From a bacterium (GTDB taxonomy: Bacteria > Patescibacteriota > Patescibacteriia > Patescibacteriales > JAKAJF01), in contig JAJYLD010000003.1 of assembly GCA_021788015.1 (NCBI GenBank), positions 33,772-97,771 of the forward strand: 64,000 bases of DNA, given 5' to 3'. Within the stretch, counting starts at the first letter, position 1; every line of letters starts with the position of its first letter. Shown one piece after another: positions 35,367-44,740 of the stretch. Under the pieces are notes generated by a model that saw only the letters and a list, made by a program, of their open reading frames with translations, had not been told where the DNA came from and made no database searches. The translations under genes were made by a program, and so were the position numbers.

Positions 35367-38102
35367 TTACTTTCCGTGACAGTGTTTATATTTTTTTCCG
35401 CTTCCGCACGGGCAGGGATCGTTGCGACCCACTTTTTTACCGTCGGAATTTTTTGCTTTTGAGTTCGAAGTGACGGTTTTTTCATTTCCATTTCCCGCCT
35501 CTTTTACTGGTGCGCTAAAATTTTTCGCCATTTGCAAAAGGTTGGGCGCGATGATATTTTGCACATCGCCGACTTTATAAATACTGTAAACGACTTCCTT
35601 TTGAATGACATTATTGAGTTCATTGTATAATCGGTACGCTTCTTTTTTATATTCGACCAAAGGATCGCGCTGGCCGTAACCGCGAAGACCGATTCCTTGC
35701 CTTAAAGTCGACATTACCTCGAGATGTTCAACCCAGAGAGCGTCGATCGAGCGGAGCAAAACCGCTTTTTCCATTTCCGCCCAATTCAATCCGACTTCGT
35801 TCGCGTGTTTCGACAAACTTTCATACTTTTCACGAGCCAATTTTACGAGGTAGTCGATAATTTCCGTTCTTGCCTTGGCCTTGTCCAGCTTGTCTCCGTC
35901 GGAAACGAATTTATTCAAATCGTTTTTTAATTCTTCGCCGACCGGAAAAATGGTCGAAACCACTTCCCTGATCTCGTTCAAATCCCATTCCTTTATTTCT
36001 TTCTCGGCGGTATGGAAAGTGATGACTTGTTCGATTTCATTATCAACCATGGTTAAGATTTTATCGGAAAATTTTTTTTCATCTCCGCTTTCTTTTAAAA
36101 TTTCTCTTCTGCGGTTATAGATGGCTTCGCGATGTTTGTTCAAAACGTCGTCGTATTCGACCAAATGTTTGCGGATATCGAAATTGTTGCCTTCCACTTT
36201 TTTCTGCGCGCTTTCGATCGATTTCGAAATGATTCTGTTTTCAATCGGCATGTCTTCGGGCATATTCAAGCTGGTCATGATTCTTTTCATCCTGTCGCCG
36301 CCGAAAATGCGCATCAAATCGTCTTCCGTCGAGACGTAAAATTGCGACGAACCCGGATCGCCTTGGCGTCCGGAGCGGCCGCGAAGCTGATTGTCGATGC
36401 GTCTCGATTCATGCCTTTCCGTGCCGACAACATGCAACCCGCCCGACTCGATTACTTTGTCGTGTTCTTTTTTCCATTCTTCGTATTCGGGATCATTTTT
36501 CTCGGGTTCGCGTCCGCCGAGCATAATATCGACGCCGCGGCCGGCCATGTTTGTCGCGATCGTGATTGCGCCCGGTTTGCCCGCTTCGGTAATTATTTGC
36601 GCTTCCCGTTCATGGTTTTTCGCGTTTAAAATATTCGGCCGAAGTCCTTCGAGCTCCATCATCTCGCCCAAGATTTCGTTTTTTTGTATGGAAATCGTGC
36701 CGACCAAAACCGGCTGGCCCGCTTCGTGGCGGCGTTTCACTTCTGCGACAACGGCCTTGAATTTTCCCGCTTCCGTTCGATAAATCAAATCGTTCATGTC
36801 TTTTCGAACCATGAGCCTGTGCGTCGGAATGACGGTCGTTTCCAAATTGTAAATTTTCGAGAATTCTTCCGCTTCGGTCAAGGCCGTTCCGGTCATGCCC
36901 GAAAGTTTTTTGTACATTCTGAAATAATTCTGGAAAGTGATGGTCGCCAAGGTCTGTGATTCCTTTTGAATCTTCACGCCCTCTTTCGCTTCGATGGCCT
37001 GATGCAAGCCGTCCGAATATCTTCGACCTTGCATAAGCCGGCCGGTAAACTCGTCGACAATGATCACTTCGCCTTCGCGAACGACATAATCGCGATCGCG
37101 CTTGAACAAAACGCGCGCTTTCAAAGCCTCTTCGATATGATGCACTTCGCGGATTCCGCCCATGGTATAAATATTTTCGACCCCGAGCCATTTTTCCATT
37201 TTCGCGATTCCGGCTTCGGTCAAAGTTGCCGCCCGCATTTTTTCATCGACATTGTAATCTTCGTCTTCTTTCAAGCGATCGACGAGTTCGGCGAATTTAT
37301 AATATTTGTCGGTCGACTCTTCGGCCGGCGCGCTTATGATCAAAGGCGTTCGCGCTTCATCGATTAAAATCGAGTCGACTTCATCGACGATTGTAAAATA
37401 AAGTTCGCGCTGGACCATCTGATCCAAACTTGAGACCATGTTATCGCGCAAATAATCAAAACCGAACTCGTTGTTCGTTCCGTACAAAACATCGCATTGG
37501 TAGGCTTCGCGCCTCGAGACCGGCCGAAAATGTTTCATTCTTTCATCAAATTGTTTCTCGTCGATATATTCGGGATCATAAACATAAGCGGCGTCATGAA
37601 TGACAACCCCTGTCGACAAACCCAAAAAGTGATAAACGCGTCCCATCCAACCGGCGCCGACTCGCGAAAGGTAGTCGTTGACGGTAACGAGATGCGCTCC
37701 CCGTCCGACCAAAGCGTTTAAATACAAGGGCAAAGTTGCGACCAAAGTTTTTCCTTCTCCCGTTCTCATTTCCGCGATCTGGCCGCGATGGAGAACGATG
37801 CCGCCGATTAACTGCACGTCGTAATGCCTCTGGCCCAAAACCCGTTTGGCCGCTTCGCGCACCAAAGCGAAAGCTTCGGGGAGAATAATTTCAAGACGCT
37901 CCTCGATTATTTCTTTTTCCCTTTCCGGTTGGATTTTATCAAGTTCCAGTTTCTTCTTCAGTTCGGCGGTCATGTTCTTAAGCTCTTCGTCCGACATGGC
38001 CGAAAATTGGCTTTCAAGGCTGTTAATTTTTTTAATAATCGGATCGAGAGACTCGACCACTTTTTTATTCGGATCGCCGAAAATTGCCGTAAATATGGAC
38101 AT
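35367..38102 (-). CDS. secA: preprotein translocase ATPase SecA
   Basis: MRTGEGKTL Walker A, DEVDSILIDEARTPLI, C-terminal zinc motif CPCGSGKKYKHCHG. Confidence 0.98.
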   Translation of the reverse strand: MSIFTAIFGDPNKKVVESLDPIIKKINSLESQFSAMSDEELKNMTAELKKKLELDKIQPEREKEIIEERLEIILPEAFALVREAAKRVLGQRHYDVQLIGGIVLHRGQIAEMRTGEGKTLVATLPLYLNALVGRGAHLVTVNDYLSRVGAGWMGRVYHFLGLSTGVVIHDAAYVYDPEYIDEKQFDERMKHFRPVSRREAYQCDVLYGTNNEFGFDYLRDNMVSSLDQMVQRELYFTIVDEVDSILIDEARTPLIISAPAEESTDKYYKFAELVDRLKEDEDYNVDEKMRAATLTEAGIAKMEKWLGVENIYTMGGIREVHHIEEALKARVLFKRDRDYVVREGEVIIVDEFTGRLMQGRRYSDGLHQAIEAKEGVKIQKESQTLATITFQNYFRMYKKLSGMTGTALTEAEEFSKIYNLETTVIPTHRLMVRKDMNDLIYRTEAGKFKAVVAEVKRRHEAGQPVLVGTISIQKNEILGEMMELEGLRPNILNAKNHEREAQIITEAGKPGAITIATNMAGRGVDIMLGGREPEKNDPEYEEWKKEHDKVIESGGLHVVGTERHESRRIDNQLRGRSGRQGDPGSSQFYVSTEDDLMRIFGGDRMKRIMTSLNMPEDMPIENRIISKSIESAQKKVEGNNFDIRKHLVEYDDVLNKHREAIYNRRREILKESGDEKKFSDKILTMVDNEIEQVITFHTAEKEIKEWDLNEIREVVSTIFPVGEELKNDLNKFVSDGDKLDKAKARTEIIDYLVKLAREKYESLSKHANEVGLNWAEMEKAVLLRSIDALWVEHLEVMSTLRQGIGLRGYGQRDPLVEYKKEAYRLYNELNNVIQKEVVYSIYKVGDVQNIIAPNLLQMAKNFSAPVKEAGNGNEKTVTSNSKAKNSDGKKVGRNDPCPCGSGKKYKHCHGK

Positions 38103-38192
38103 AATTTAAAAAAACACAAAAATTGTGCGTTAATTTATCAGTGTAAATATTATAAAATAAATTAGAACGAAAATCAACCCTTAAAAAATTCC

Positions 38193-38286
38193 AATTTTTA
38201 ATTTTCAAACAATGCTTAAATTTTTTAATTTTTAAAATTTGAGAATTGAAAACTGTTTAAAAATTTAAAATTGAAAATTAAAAATT
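38193..38286. repeat. long AT-rich hairpin in hpf/secA gap
   Basis: aatttttaattttcaa (38193-38208) is the exact reverse complement of ttgaaaattaaaaatt (38271-38286). Confidence 0.7.
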
Positions 38287-38360
38287 TTATTTCTGATTTT
38301 TAACAAAAGCCATCCGATATTAAACGAACGGCTTTCATGAAAGAAAATTAAAACTATATC

Positions 38361-38672
38361 TTACAGTCCCTTTCTCTTTTCCTTGTACTTTATAATCATT
38401 TTTTCCATAAGATCCTTCGCTTTATCGATCGCCTCATAAATTTCCGTTCCAGTATCTTCAACACGGAGCAATTCTCCGGGGACGGATAAATTTATTTCCG
38501 CCCGGTAAATTTCACCTTTGGAGTGATGATTGGTCGTCCTTTCCAGTTCGACATCCGCGTTTATGACCGGAAAATTTCCAAGATAGCGGTCGAGCATGTC
38601 CATTTTCTCCCGGACATAATCTTTTAATTCCGGGGATAATTCCAATTTTGTCGCTTTGATTTTTATTTCCAT
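38361..38672 (-). CDS. hpf: ribosome hibernation promoting factor (short HPF/RaiA)
   Basis: LELSPELKDYVREKM..L.RY ... AEINLSVPG ... IYEAIDKAKDLMEKMI. Confidence 0.9.
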   Translation of the reverse strand: MEIKIKATKLELSPELKDYVREKMDMLDRYLGNFPVINADVELERTTNHHSKGEIYRAEINLSVPGELLRVEDTGTEIYEAIDKAKDLMEKMIIKYKEKRKGL

Positions 38673-38681
38673 ATTATCTAT

Positions 38682-38782
38682 ATGTCATCCTGGAGCGAAG
38701 CGATAGGATCCCGTTTTGATTCAGTTCACGAGATTCTATTCCCCGGGTCTGGCCCGGGGCTAAAGACGCTCCGGAATGACAG
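38682..38782. repeat. TGTCATCCTGGAGC...CCGGAATGACA repeat (101 bp)
   Basis: terminal inverted ends, inner ccccgggtctggcccgggg hairpin; 6 nt below rseP stop. Confidence 0.7.
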
Positions 38783-38787
38783 TAAAA

Positions 38788-39948
38788 TTAAGAAGTTAAT
38801 TTATGAATCAAGAAAACAATCCAATATTTAAGTTTCAATTCGTTCGCGGTCACAAGCAAAATCAAAATCATTAGCAAAACAAAGCCCATGTTGTGAATAA
38901 GAGCTTCCAATTCCCTTTTGACCGGTTTGCCCTTGATTTTTTCGAAGACCAAGAAAAGGACTCGACCGCCGTCCAACGCCGGAAATGGAATGAAATTGAT
39001 AATGGCCAAATTGATTGAAAGCAGGGCGGCGAATTGAAGGACATAGTCGATTCCCATCCGCGCCGCTTCTCCGGTCATTTGGGCTATCCTGACCGGACCG
39101 GCCAGATCGGCCGAAACGCCATGCCCCAAAATCAAATTTTTCAGCAATTCGTAAAAAGCGACGATAATGGCCCAAGTTAAAAACAAAGTTGTTTTTATTC
39201 CTTCCCAAATCGCCATGTACCACGGCAATCTGACAATTCCGTATTCGCTGATCGCCACTCCGATTCCGCCTCGTTTCGTTTCTTGCATATAACGCGGGGT
39301 GACTTTAATATCCATCTCTTTCGAAGCCCGTTTGACATCGTAAGTCAATTCCTTGTTTGTGTTTTGATTGACGTAATTTTCCAAACCGGCGTAATCGGAA
39401 AAATGAATATTGTTTATGCTTAAAATCAAATCGCCCTCTTTGATTCCGGCTTTTTCCGCGGGCGAATTTTGAAGAACCTGCACAACTTCGATTTCTCTTC
39501 CCGTTACGGTCGCTTTCGGATTTATGTTTCCGTCCAATGATTGCGGAAAGCCGATCATAAGTCCGATTGAAATAAGAATCGCGGCCAAGATTACGTTCAT
39601 GCTTACGCCGGCGGAAAGAATGGTCGCTCTTTTCCAGATTTTTTTGTTGGCGAAGCTGTCCGGATCATTATTGTCGCCGTCTTCGCCTTTGATTTTCACG
39701 AAGCCGCCGAGAGGTATCCAGTTTATGGAATAAATCGTACCCGGAACTTCTTCTCTAACCGCGCGGCTCCCCGAGACCAGTCTCCATTTTTTCTCTTTGT
39801 TTCTGTAAACTCCCAAAATGCGCGGCGGGAAACCGAAACCGAACTCTTCGGCCTTGACTCCGAATTTGCGGGCGGTTACGAAATGCCCGAGCTCATGCGC
39901 GAAAACGAGCACGCTTAAAATTATGATGAAAGTGATTAAAGTTAACAT
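38788..39948 (-). CDS. rseP: RIP metalloprotease RseP (site-2 protease, M50)
   Basis: HELGHF zinc motif, PDZ region, LSINLAIINFIPFPALDGG. Confidence 0.9.
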   Translation of the reverse strand: MLTLITFIIILSVLVFAHELGHFVTARKFGVKAEEFGFGFPPRILGVYRNKEKKWRLVSGSRAVREEVPGTIYSINWIPLGGFVKIKGEDGDNNDPDSFANKKIWKRATILSAGVSMNVILAAILISIGLMIGFPQSLDGNINPKATVTGREIEVVQVLQNSPAEKAGIKEGDLILSINNIHFSDYAGLENYVNQNTNKELTYDVKRASKEMDIKVTPRYMQETKRGGIGVAISEYGIVRLPWYMAIWEGIKTTLFLTWAIIVAFYELLKNLILGHGVSADLAGPVRIAQMTGEAARMGIDYVLQFAALLSINLAIINFIPFPALDGGRVLFLVFEKIKGKPVKRELEALIHNMGFVLLMILILLVTANELKLKYWIVFLIHKLTS

Positions 39949-39952
39949 GATT

Positions 39953-40041
39953 GGAAATTAGAAAGTAGGATGTAGGAGGTAGAAAGTTGGAATTGGAAAT
40001 TAGAAAAAAATCCTACTTCCTAAATCCTACTTCCTAATTCC
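39953..40041. repeat. word hairpin (ggaagtagg/cctacttcc words) in frr/rseP gap
   Basis: ggaaattagaaagtaggatgtaggaggtag vs ctacttcctaaatcctacttcctaattcc. Confidence 0.7.
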
Positions 40042-40595
40042 TAAATCGTCATTATTTCTTCTTCTTTTTTGTCTCTGATTTCTTTTATTTCGTCATTTTT
40101 CTTTCTTACCTCTTCATCCAATTCTTTAATGAACCTGAATTTGTCGTCCTCGTTAATCTCCTTGTTTTCTTCCGCGTTCTCAATATTGGTTTTAATTTCA
40201 TCCCTAACTTTTCTCAAACTAACACGCGCCTCTTCCGTCTTTTCGTTCAATTTTTTAACCAATTCGCGTCTGTTTTCTTCGGTCATCAGGGGCAATGTCA
40301 ATCTTATTTTGTCGCCTTCATTAACCACGCCGAAACCCAAATTCGCTTCCATAATCGCTTTCTCGAGGTCTTTCAAAACGCTTTTGTCCCATGGGGTTAC
40401 GGTCATGCTTCTCGCTTCGGCCACGGCGATCGTTCCCAATCCGTTCAAGGGCGTTTTCGTTCCGTAGGCTTCGACGTAAATTCCGTCCAAAATCCCCGGA
40501 TTGGCCCTTCCCGTCCTAAGGGAACTGATGTCTTTTTTAAAAAAATCGATTACTTTACCGAATTCATTTTGTTTGGTTTGAATATATTTGTTCAT
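40041..40595 (-). CDS. frr: ribosome recycling factor
   Basis: LRTGRANPGILDGI, LTLPLMTEENRRELVK, SLRKVRDE motifs. Confidence 0.96.
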   Translation of the reverse strand: MNKYIQTKQNEFGKVIDFFKKDISSLRTGRANPGILDGIYVEAYGTKTPLNGLGTIAVAEARSMTVTPWDKSVLKDLEKAIMEANLGFGVVNEGDKIRLTLPLMTEENRRELVKKLNEKTEEARVSLRKVRDEIKTNIENAEENKEINEDDKFRFIKELDEEVRKKNDEIKEIRDKKEEEIMTI

Positions 40596-40600
40596 ATTTT

Positions 40601-40682
40601 AGGTTGTAGTTTGTAGGATGTAGGGCGTAGGATTTTACTGCATTTTAAAAATTCTACAACCTACATCCTACAAGCTACGAGC
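40601..40682. repeat. word hairpin (gtaggatgtagg words)
   Basis: aggttgtagtttgtaggatgtagggcgtaggatt vs aattctacaacctacatcctacaagctacgagc. Confidence 0.7.
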
Positions 40683-40687
40683 TAATT

Positions 40688-41767
40688 TTATTTAACCGCC
40701 TTTACGGCCATATAAATCATGCCGGCGTTGTCCGGATCGACGATCAATTTCCAACCGGCGCGCTGTGTCGGCAATTTTTTCGTTGTCCAGGTTTTGCCCC
40801 CGTCCGAACTGCGATAAAATGTCGTGTTGGTTACGTAATAAATTTCGTCCGAGTTTTTTGGGCTCACGGCGACCGCGTTTATGGTCGCCGCGTTTTCGGG
40901 AGTTAATAATTGAATGCCCGTCCACGTATCGCCGTTATCGGTCGACCTCACGAGACCGTAAGAATTGGCCAGAATAATTGTATTGGGGTCGGATTGCGAA
41001 GCGGCCAGATCCCTGAAATTGATGGTATCCTTAAATTGTTTCAAGGCGTCGCTTAAATCGGTCCAGGTGCTTCCGCCGTCTTTCGATCTGGAAATGCCCC
41101 TTCCCTTGATGCCGACGAAAACGATTCTGGAGTCGGCCGGTGAAATAAGAATTTTTTCCACCACGTCCTCGAATCTGTTTAATGCTCGCCAGCTGTTTCC
41201 CCGATCTGTGCTTTTTAAAACGTCGCCGCGGGAAAGGCCCATATAAACGTTGGCGTCGTTGTAATAATCGACGGCCAAAGCGGTCACGGTCACGGTCGGG
41301 TCATTGTCATAGTATACTTGATTCCATGTTCTTGAGCAATCGGTCGATTTTAAAACCCGGTTTTGCGAAGCGACGTAAATCGTGCATTTCGCGTTCGGGT
41401 CGACGGCGACGGCCTTTACGTTTATTTTTCCGAGACTTATAACCGCCTGCCAGTCGTTGCCTTTGTCATAAGTATAATAGAGGCCATTGTCGACGCTGCC
41501 GTAGTACAGAGCGTCCGAATCGCTCGGGTCCAGAACCAAATCGTTGGCATCCAAGCCGCTGATGCTTCCCGGCGTTCCTTGCGTAGTCGGAATCAAATCT
41601 TTGGTTGTCCAGGTATTGCCTTTGTCCGTGGAAACAAAAACGCCTCCGGCGCTTCCGGTTCCGCTTCCGTTGCTATTGACTTGAATCACGCATCCGGAGA
41701 CTAATAGCGGGACAATCGTAAATAAAATCAACTTTTTTATTCCGGTGGATTTTTGTTTTGTAAACAT
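40688..41767 (-). CDS. BNR/Asp-box repeat beta-propeller lipoprotein (Ycf48/sialidase-like fold)
   Basis: lipobox LLVSGC; five SxDxGxTW repeats (STDKGNTWT, STDRGNSWR, SKDGGSTWT, STDNGDTWT, SSDGGKTWT). Confidence 0.75.
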   Translation of the reverse strand: MFTKQKSTGIKKLILFTIVPLLVSGCVIQVNSNGSGTGSAGGVFVSTDKGNTWTTKDLIPTTQGTPGSISGLDANDLVLDPSDSDALYYGSVDNGLYYTYDKGNDWQAVISLGKINVKAVAVDPNAKCTIYVASQNRVLKSTDCSRTWNQVYYDNDPTVTVTALAVDYYNDANVYMGLSRGDVLKSTDRGNSWRALNRFEDVVEKILISPADSRIVFVGIKGRGISRSKDGGSTWTDLSDALKQFKDTINFRDLAASQSDPNTIILANSYGLVRSTDNGDTWTGIQLLTPENAATINAVAVSPKNSDEIYYVTNTTFYRSSDGGKTWTTKKLPTQRAGWKLIVDPDNAGMIYMAVKAVK

Positions 41768-41776
41768 ATTTTTGAG

Positions 41777-41828
41777 GTTTGTAGGTTTTAGGTTTGTGGG
41801 TTATAATTTCAAACTAAAACCTACAAAC
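41777..41828. repeat. word hairpin (gtttgtaggtttt words)
   Basis: gtttgtaggttttaggtttg vs caaactaaaacctacaaac. Confidence 0.7.
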
Positions 41829-42828
41829 TAATCGCTATTTGTTCTAAAACCAATTTCGGATTGACATTGCCCAAAAGATAAATTTCGGCATTTCTTAAAA
41901 CATGAAATAAGTTTAAAAAATCAGTTTTCTTTTTTCCGATTTCCGAAAGTTCTTTGTTGAAAATTTCGTTTCGGATCAAATCGTTATGCCCGTATCCGAG
42001 AAGCAAAAGATCCCTAAGCAATCCTCTCCATATTTTTATCGCCTCTTCCGCCGATCTCGCGTTCTCCTGGCCGTTGCCTTTTTCGCCGACGATTTCTTTG
42101 ATACCCGAAAAACGGTCGTTTATGTCTTTATCGAAAAAATTTAAAAAAATTTTTGCGGTTTTTAGATACGAATCGAGAAATTCCCGATTTTTTAAAAATT
42201 TTAAAGCCAAAGCCGGCCGGCCGAGGCTTAATCGCGCGAAATTTTTTGCCGCGCTTCTCGTGATTTTTTCTTCGTTCACGAGATAATCGTAAATCAGGTC
42301 GGAATCGACCGGATTGAATCTCAAAATTTGACTCCGCGAAACGATAGTCTTCGGCAACAAATCGAGCGCCGAAGTCGTCAAGATTACGACCACGTCCTTT
42401 TTCGGTTCTTCCAAGGTTTTCAGAAGCGCGTTGGCGGCTTCGAGGCTTAAGGTATGGGCTTCGTTGACGATGCCGATTTTGTATGAATTTAAAAATGAAC
42501 TCATGCTCAAGCGCTGGATAAGATCGCGGACCTGTTCGATGGAAATATTTTTTTTGTCCTCTTCTCTTTTTATTGAAATGACATCGCTAAGAGCGCCCGT
42601 TTCAAAACGTTTACAGGAAGCGCATTCTTCGCAAGCCGTTTCTCCTTTTTTTTCACAAAGCAAAACTTTGGCGAAATAATGGGCGAGATGATTTTTCCCC
42701 AAATTGTCCGGACCGTAAAAAATATACGTTCCGGAAATGGAGTTATTCTTGATGCTTTTGATTAAAAAATTAACAATTTGGCCATTGCCGACAATCGGCC
42801 ATTTCGATTGTAAATTTTCCGATTTCAT
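41821..42828 (-). CDS. holB: DNA polymerase III delta-prime subunit
   Basis: AAA+ P-loop GPDNLGKNHLA, Cys4 module CEKKGETACEECASC, SRSQILRF sensor; start trimmed to MKSENLQ. Confidence 0.82.
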   Translation of the reverse strand: MKSENLQSKWPIVGNGQIVNFLIKSIKNNSISGTYIFYGPDNLGKNHLAHYFAKVLLCEKKGETACEECASCKRFETGALSDVISIKREEDKKNISIEQVRDLIQRLSMSSFLNSYKIGIVNEAHTLSLEAANALLKTLEEPKKDVVVILTTSALDLLPKTIVSRSQILRFNPVDSDLIYDYLVNEEKITRSAAKNFARLSLGRPALALKFLKNREFLDSYLKTAKIFLNFFDKDINDRFSGIKEIVGEKGNGQENARSAEEAIKIWRGLLRDLLLLGYGHNDLIRNEIFNKELSEIGKKKTDFLNLFHVLRNAEIYLLGNVNPKLVLEQIAISL

Positions 42829-42970
42829 AAGTTTATTATACCAATCAGGAGTTAAAAAAGCAACCTCACACAATTCGCGGATACCATGTGGACTAAAAGC
42901 ACGGGTACACAATGATTTTCTTCTTATTTAAATAATTGCGACCTTTAAAAATTGCATAAAAAGGTATTCA

Positions 42971-43107
42971 AGTCACCCGGGGCTCGGGGGCGGAATTGAG
43001 CGCCAGCGCGAAGCAACTAAAATTTCATCAACGTGATAGCGAATTGGAGCCCCCGAAACTTCTTTGGTTACTTTCTTGGTTACAAGAAAGTAACTCCTAG
43101 CGAAGCG
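42971..43107 (+). repeat. three-copy structured element, copy 2 (candidate ncRNA)
   Basis: same blocks as copy 1; 3' hairpin tactttcttg-gtta-caagaaagta shows a compensatory c/g insertion. Confidence 0.55.
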
Positions 43108-43121
43108 GCTTTGTTTCGATC

Positions 43122-43150
43122 TTGATTTTTTCCCCAAAATTCAGTAGAAT
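43122..43150 (+). promoter_or_regulatory. promoter TTGATT-17-TAGAAT, -10 ends 8 nt before ATG
   Basis: TTGATT 43122-43127, TAGAAT 43145-43150, ATG 43159, no RBS. Confidence 0.5.
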
Positions 43151-43158
43151 TAGCATAT

Positions 43159-44532
43159 ATGAAAAGATTCTTCCAATTCAAAAAATTACTGCTTTTACTC
43201 GGGGATGTTTTCATTTTATACGCCTCTCTTTACATAACCCTGCTTATTCGCTACCAAGAAATTCCGACGGCTCAAGTTTGGGCGAACCATGTTTGGCCGT
43301 TCACGATTGTCTTTGTTGTTTGGATTATTATTTTTTACATCGCCGATTTGTATAATTTGCATCTCGCCGTAAACAACCCGAAATTTTTCCAGAAGACGAA
43401 TAAAAGCGTAATCGCGGCCGTAATTTTCGCTTTGGCCTTTTTCTACGCCGATCCGGAAACGAAAATCGCTCCGAAAACCAATCTTTTGCTTTATATCGCG
43501 ATTTTTTACATTCTCTTTTTCCTTTGGCGAAGATTGTACAATCGATCCTTAAAATCGTATCTCCCCAAAAAAAATATCGCCATCATCGGCTACGACAATC
43601 AAGTTGAGAAATTAATCGAGGAATTGAAAGAAAAACCTCATCTCGGCTATGTCATTTCTTTCATTCTCGATGATAAAAATGAAAACCGCGAAAATGAAAT
43701 CAACGGAATAAAAATCATAAACGGCATCGAGAATCTTAAAAACGCGGTTTTGGAAAATAAAATCGATACTATCGTTTTAAGTTCGGACCCGAATAAATCG
43801 GATGAATTGAGGACGTCTCTTTTTAATTGCATCTACCTAAAAATAAATTATATCGGCCTTCCCGATTTTTATGAAAACATAACGGGTAAAATTCCGATCG
43901 ATACGATCGGCGAGATGTGGTTTCTCGAAAACTTGAGCGAAGCCGACAAAATTTGGTTCGATTCGTTCAAAAGAATTTACGACGTAATTCTCGCTTTGCT
44001 TTTATTTTTGATTACTCTCCCCTTTTGGTTAATTATCGCCGCTATAATCAAAATCGAAAGCCGCGGTCCGGTTTTTTTTATTATGAAACGGGCGGGCAAG
44101 GATGACAGAAATTTTAAATTGATAAAATTCCGTACCATGCGCGAAGAAGGCAATGATCGCTCTCTGACTACGGAAAACGATGCCCGCGTCACCAAATTCG
44201 GAAAATTTTTGCGAAAGACGAGAATAGACGAAATCCCGCAAGTGATAAATATTTTAAAAGGCGACATGAGTTTTATCGGCCCGCGCCCGGAAAGGCCGGA
44301 ATACGTTATTGAATTGGAAAATGCCATTCCTTTTTATAAAGAAAGGATGCTTATAAAACCGGGCCTGACCGGCTGGGACCAGATTTCCGGCGAATATCAT
44401 TCTCCGACCGTCGAAGACAGTTTGAAAAAGCTGCAATATGATTTATACTACATAAAAAACCGATCCGTTTATCTCGATATCTCGATAATTTTAAAAACGA
44501 TCGCCACGGTTTTATCAAGAGGAGGGCTTTAA
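43159..44532 (+). CDS. polyprenyl-phosphate glycosylphosphotransferase (WbaP/EpsB-type priming sugar transferase)
   Basis: N-terminal TM bundle, ESRGPVFF..R.G..FKLIKFRTM, DEIPQVINILKGDMSFIGPRPERP. Confidence 0.9.
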   Translation: MKRFFQFKKLLLLLGDVFILYASLYITLLIRYQEIPTAQVWANHVWPFTIVFVVWIIIFYIADLYNLHLAVNNPKFFQKTNKSVIAAVIFALAFFYADPETKIAPKTNLLLYIAIFYILFFLWRRLYNRSLKSYLPKKNIAIIGYDNQVEKLIEELKEKPHLGYVISFILDDKNENRENEINGIKIINGIENLKNAVLENKIDTIVLSSDPNKSDELRTSLFNCIYLKINYIGLPDFYENITGKIPIDTIGEMWFLENLSEADKIWFDSFKRIYDVILALLLFLITLPFWLIIAAIIKIESRGPVFFIMKRAGKDDRNFKLIKFRTMREEGNDRSLTTENDARVTKFGKFLRKTRIDEIPQVINILKGDMSFIGPRPERPEYVIELENAIPFYKERMLIKPGLTGWDQISGEYHSPTVEDSLKKLQYDLYYIKNRSVYLDISIILKTIATVLSRGGL

Positions 44533-44535
44533 TTA

Positions 44536-44734
44536 GGATGTAGGAGGTAGGTTGTAGGAGGTAGATTATAAACCAAGCCTACGACTTAAAACCTAATTTT
44601 CGAAATAAACCCCACTTTCGTCGCGGCAGAATCTCTCAGAAGAGGATTTTGCCGATAACCCGTCAGAATCCCTTTCAGGAGATTCTAACGCAACGGAATA
44701 AACCCTACTTCCTACTTCCTACAACCTAACACCT
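44536..44734. repeat. 30-nt-arm word hairpin enclosing ~140 nt
   Basis: aggatgtaggaggtaggttgtaggaggtag (44536-44565) vs ctacttcctacttcctacaacctaacacct (44705-44734). Confidence 0.65.
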
Positions 44735-44740
44735 AAACTT

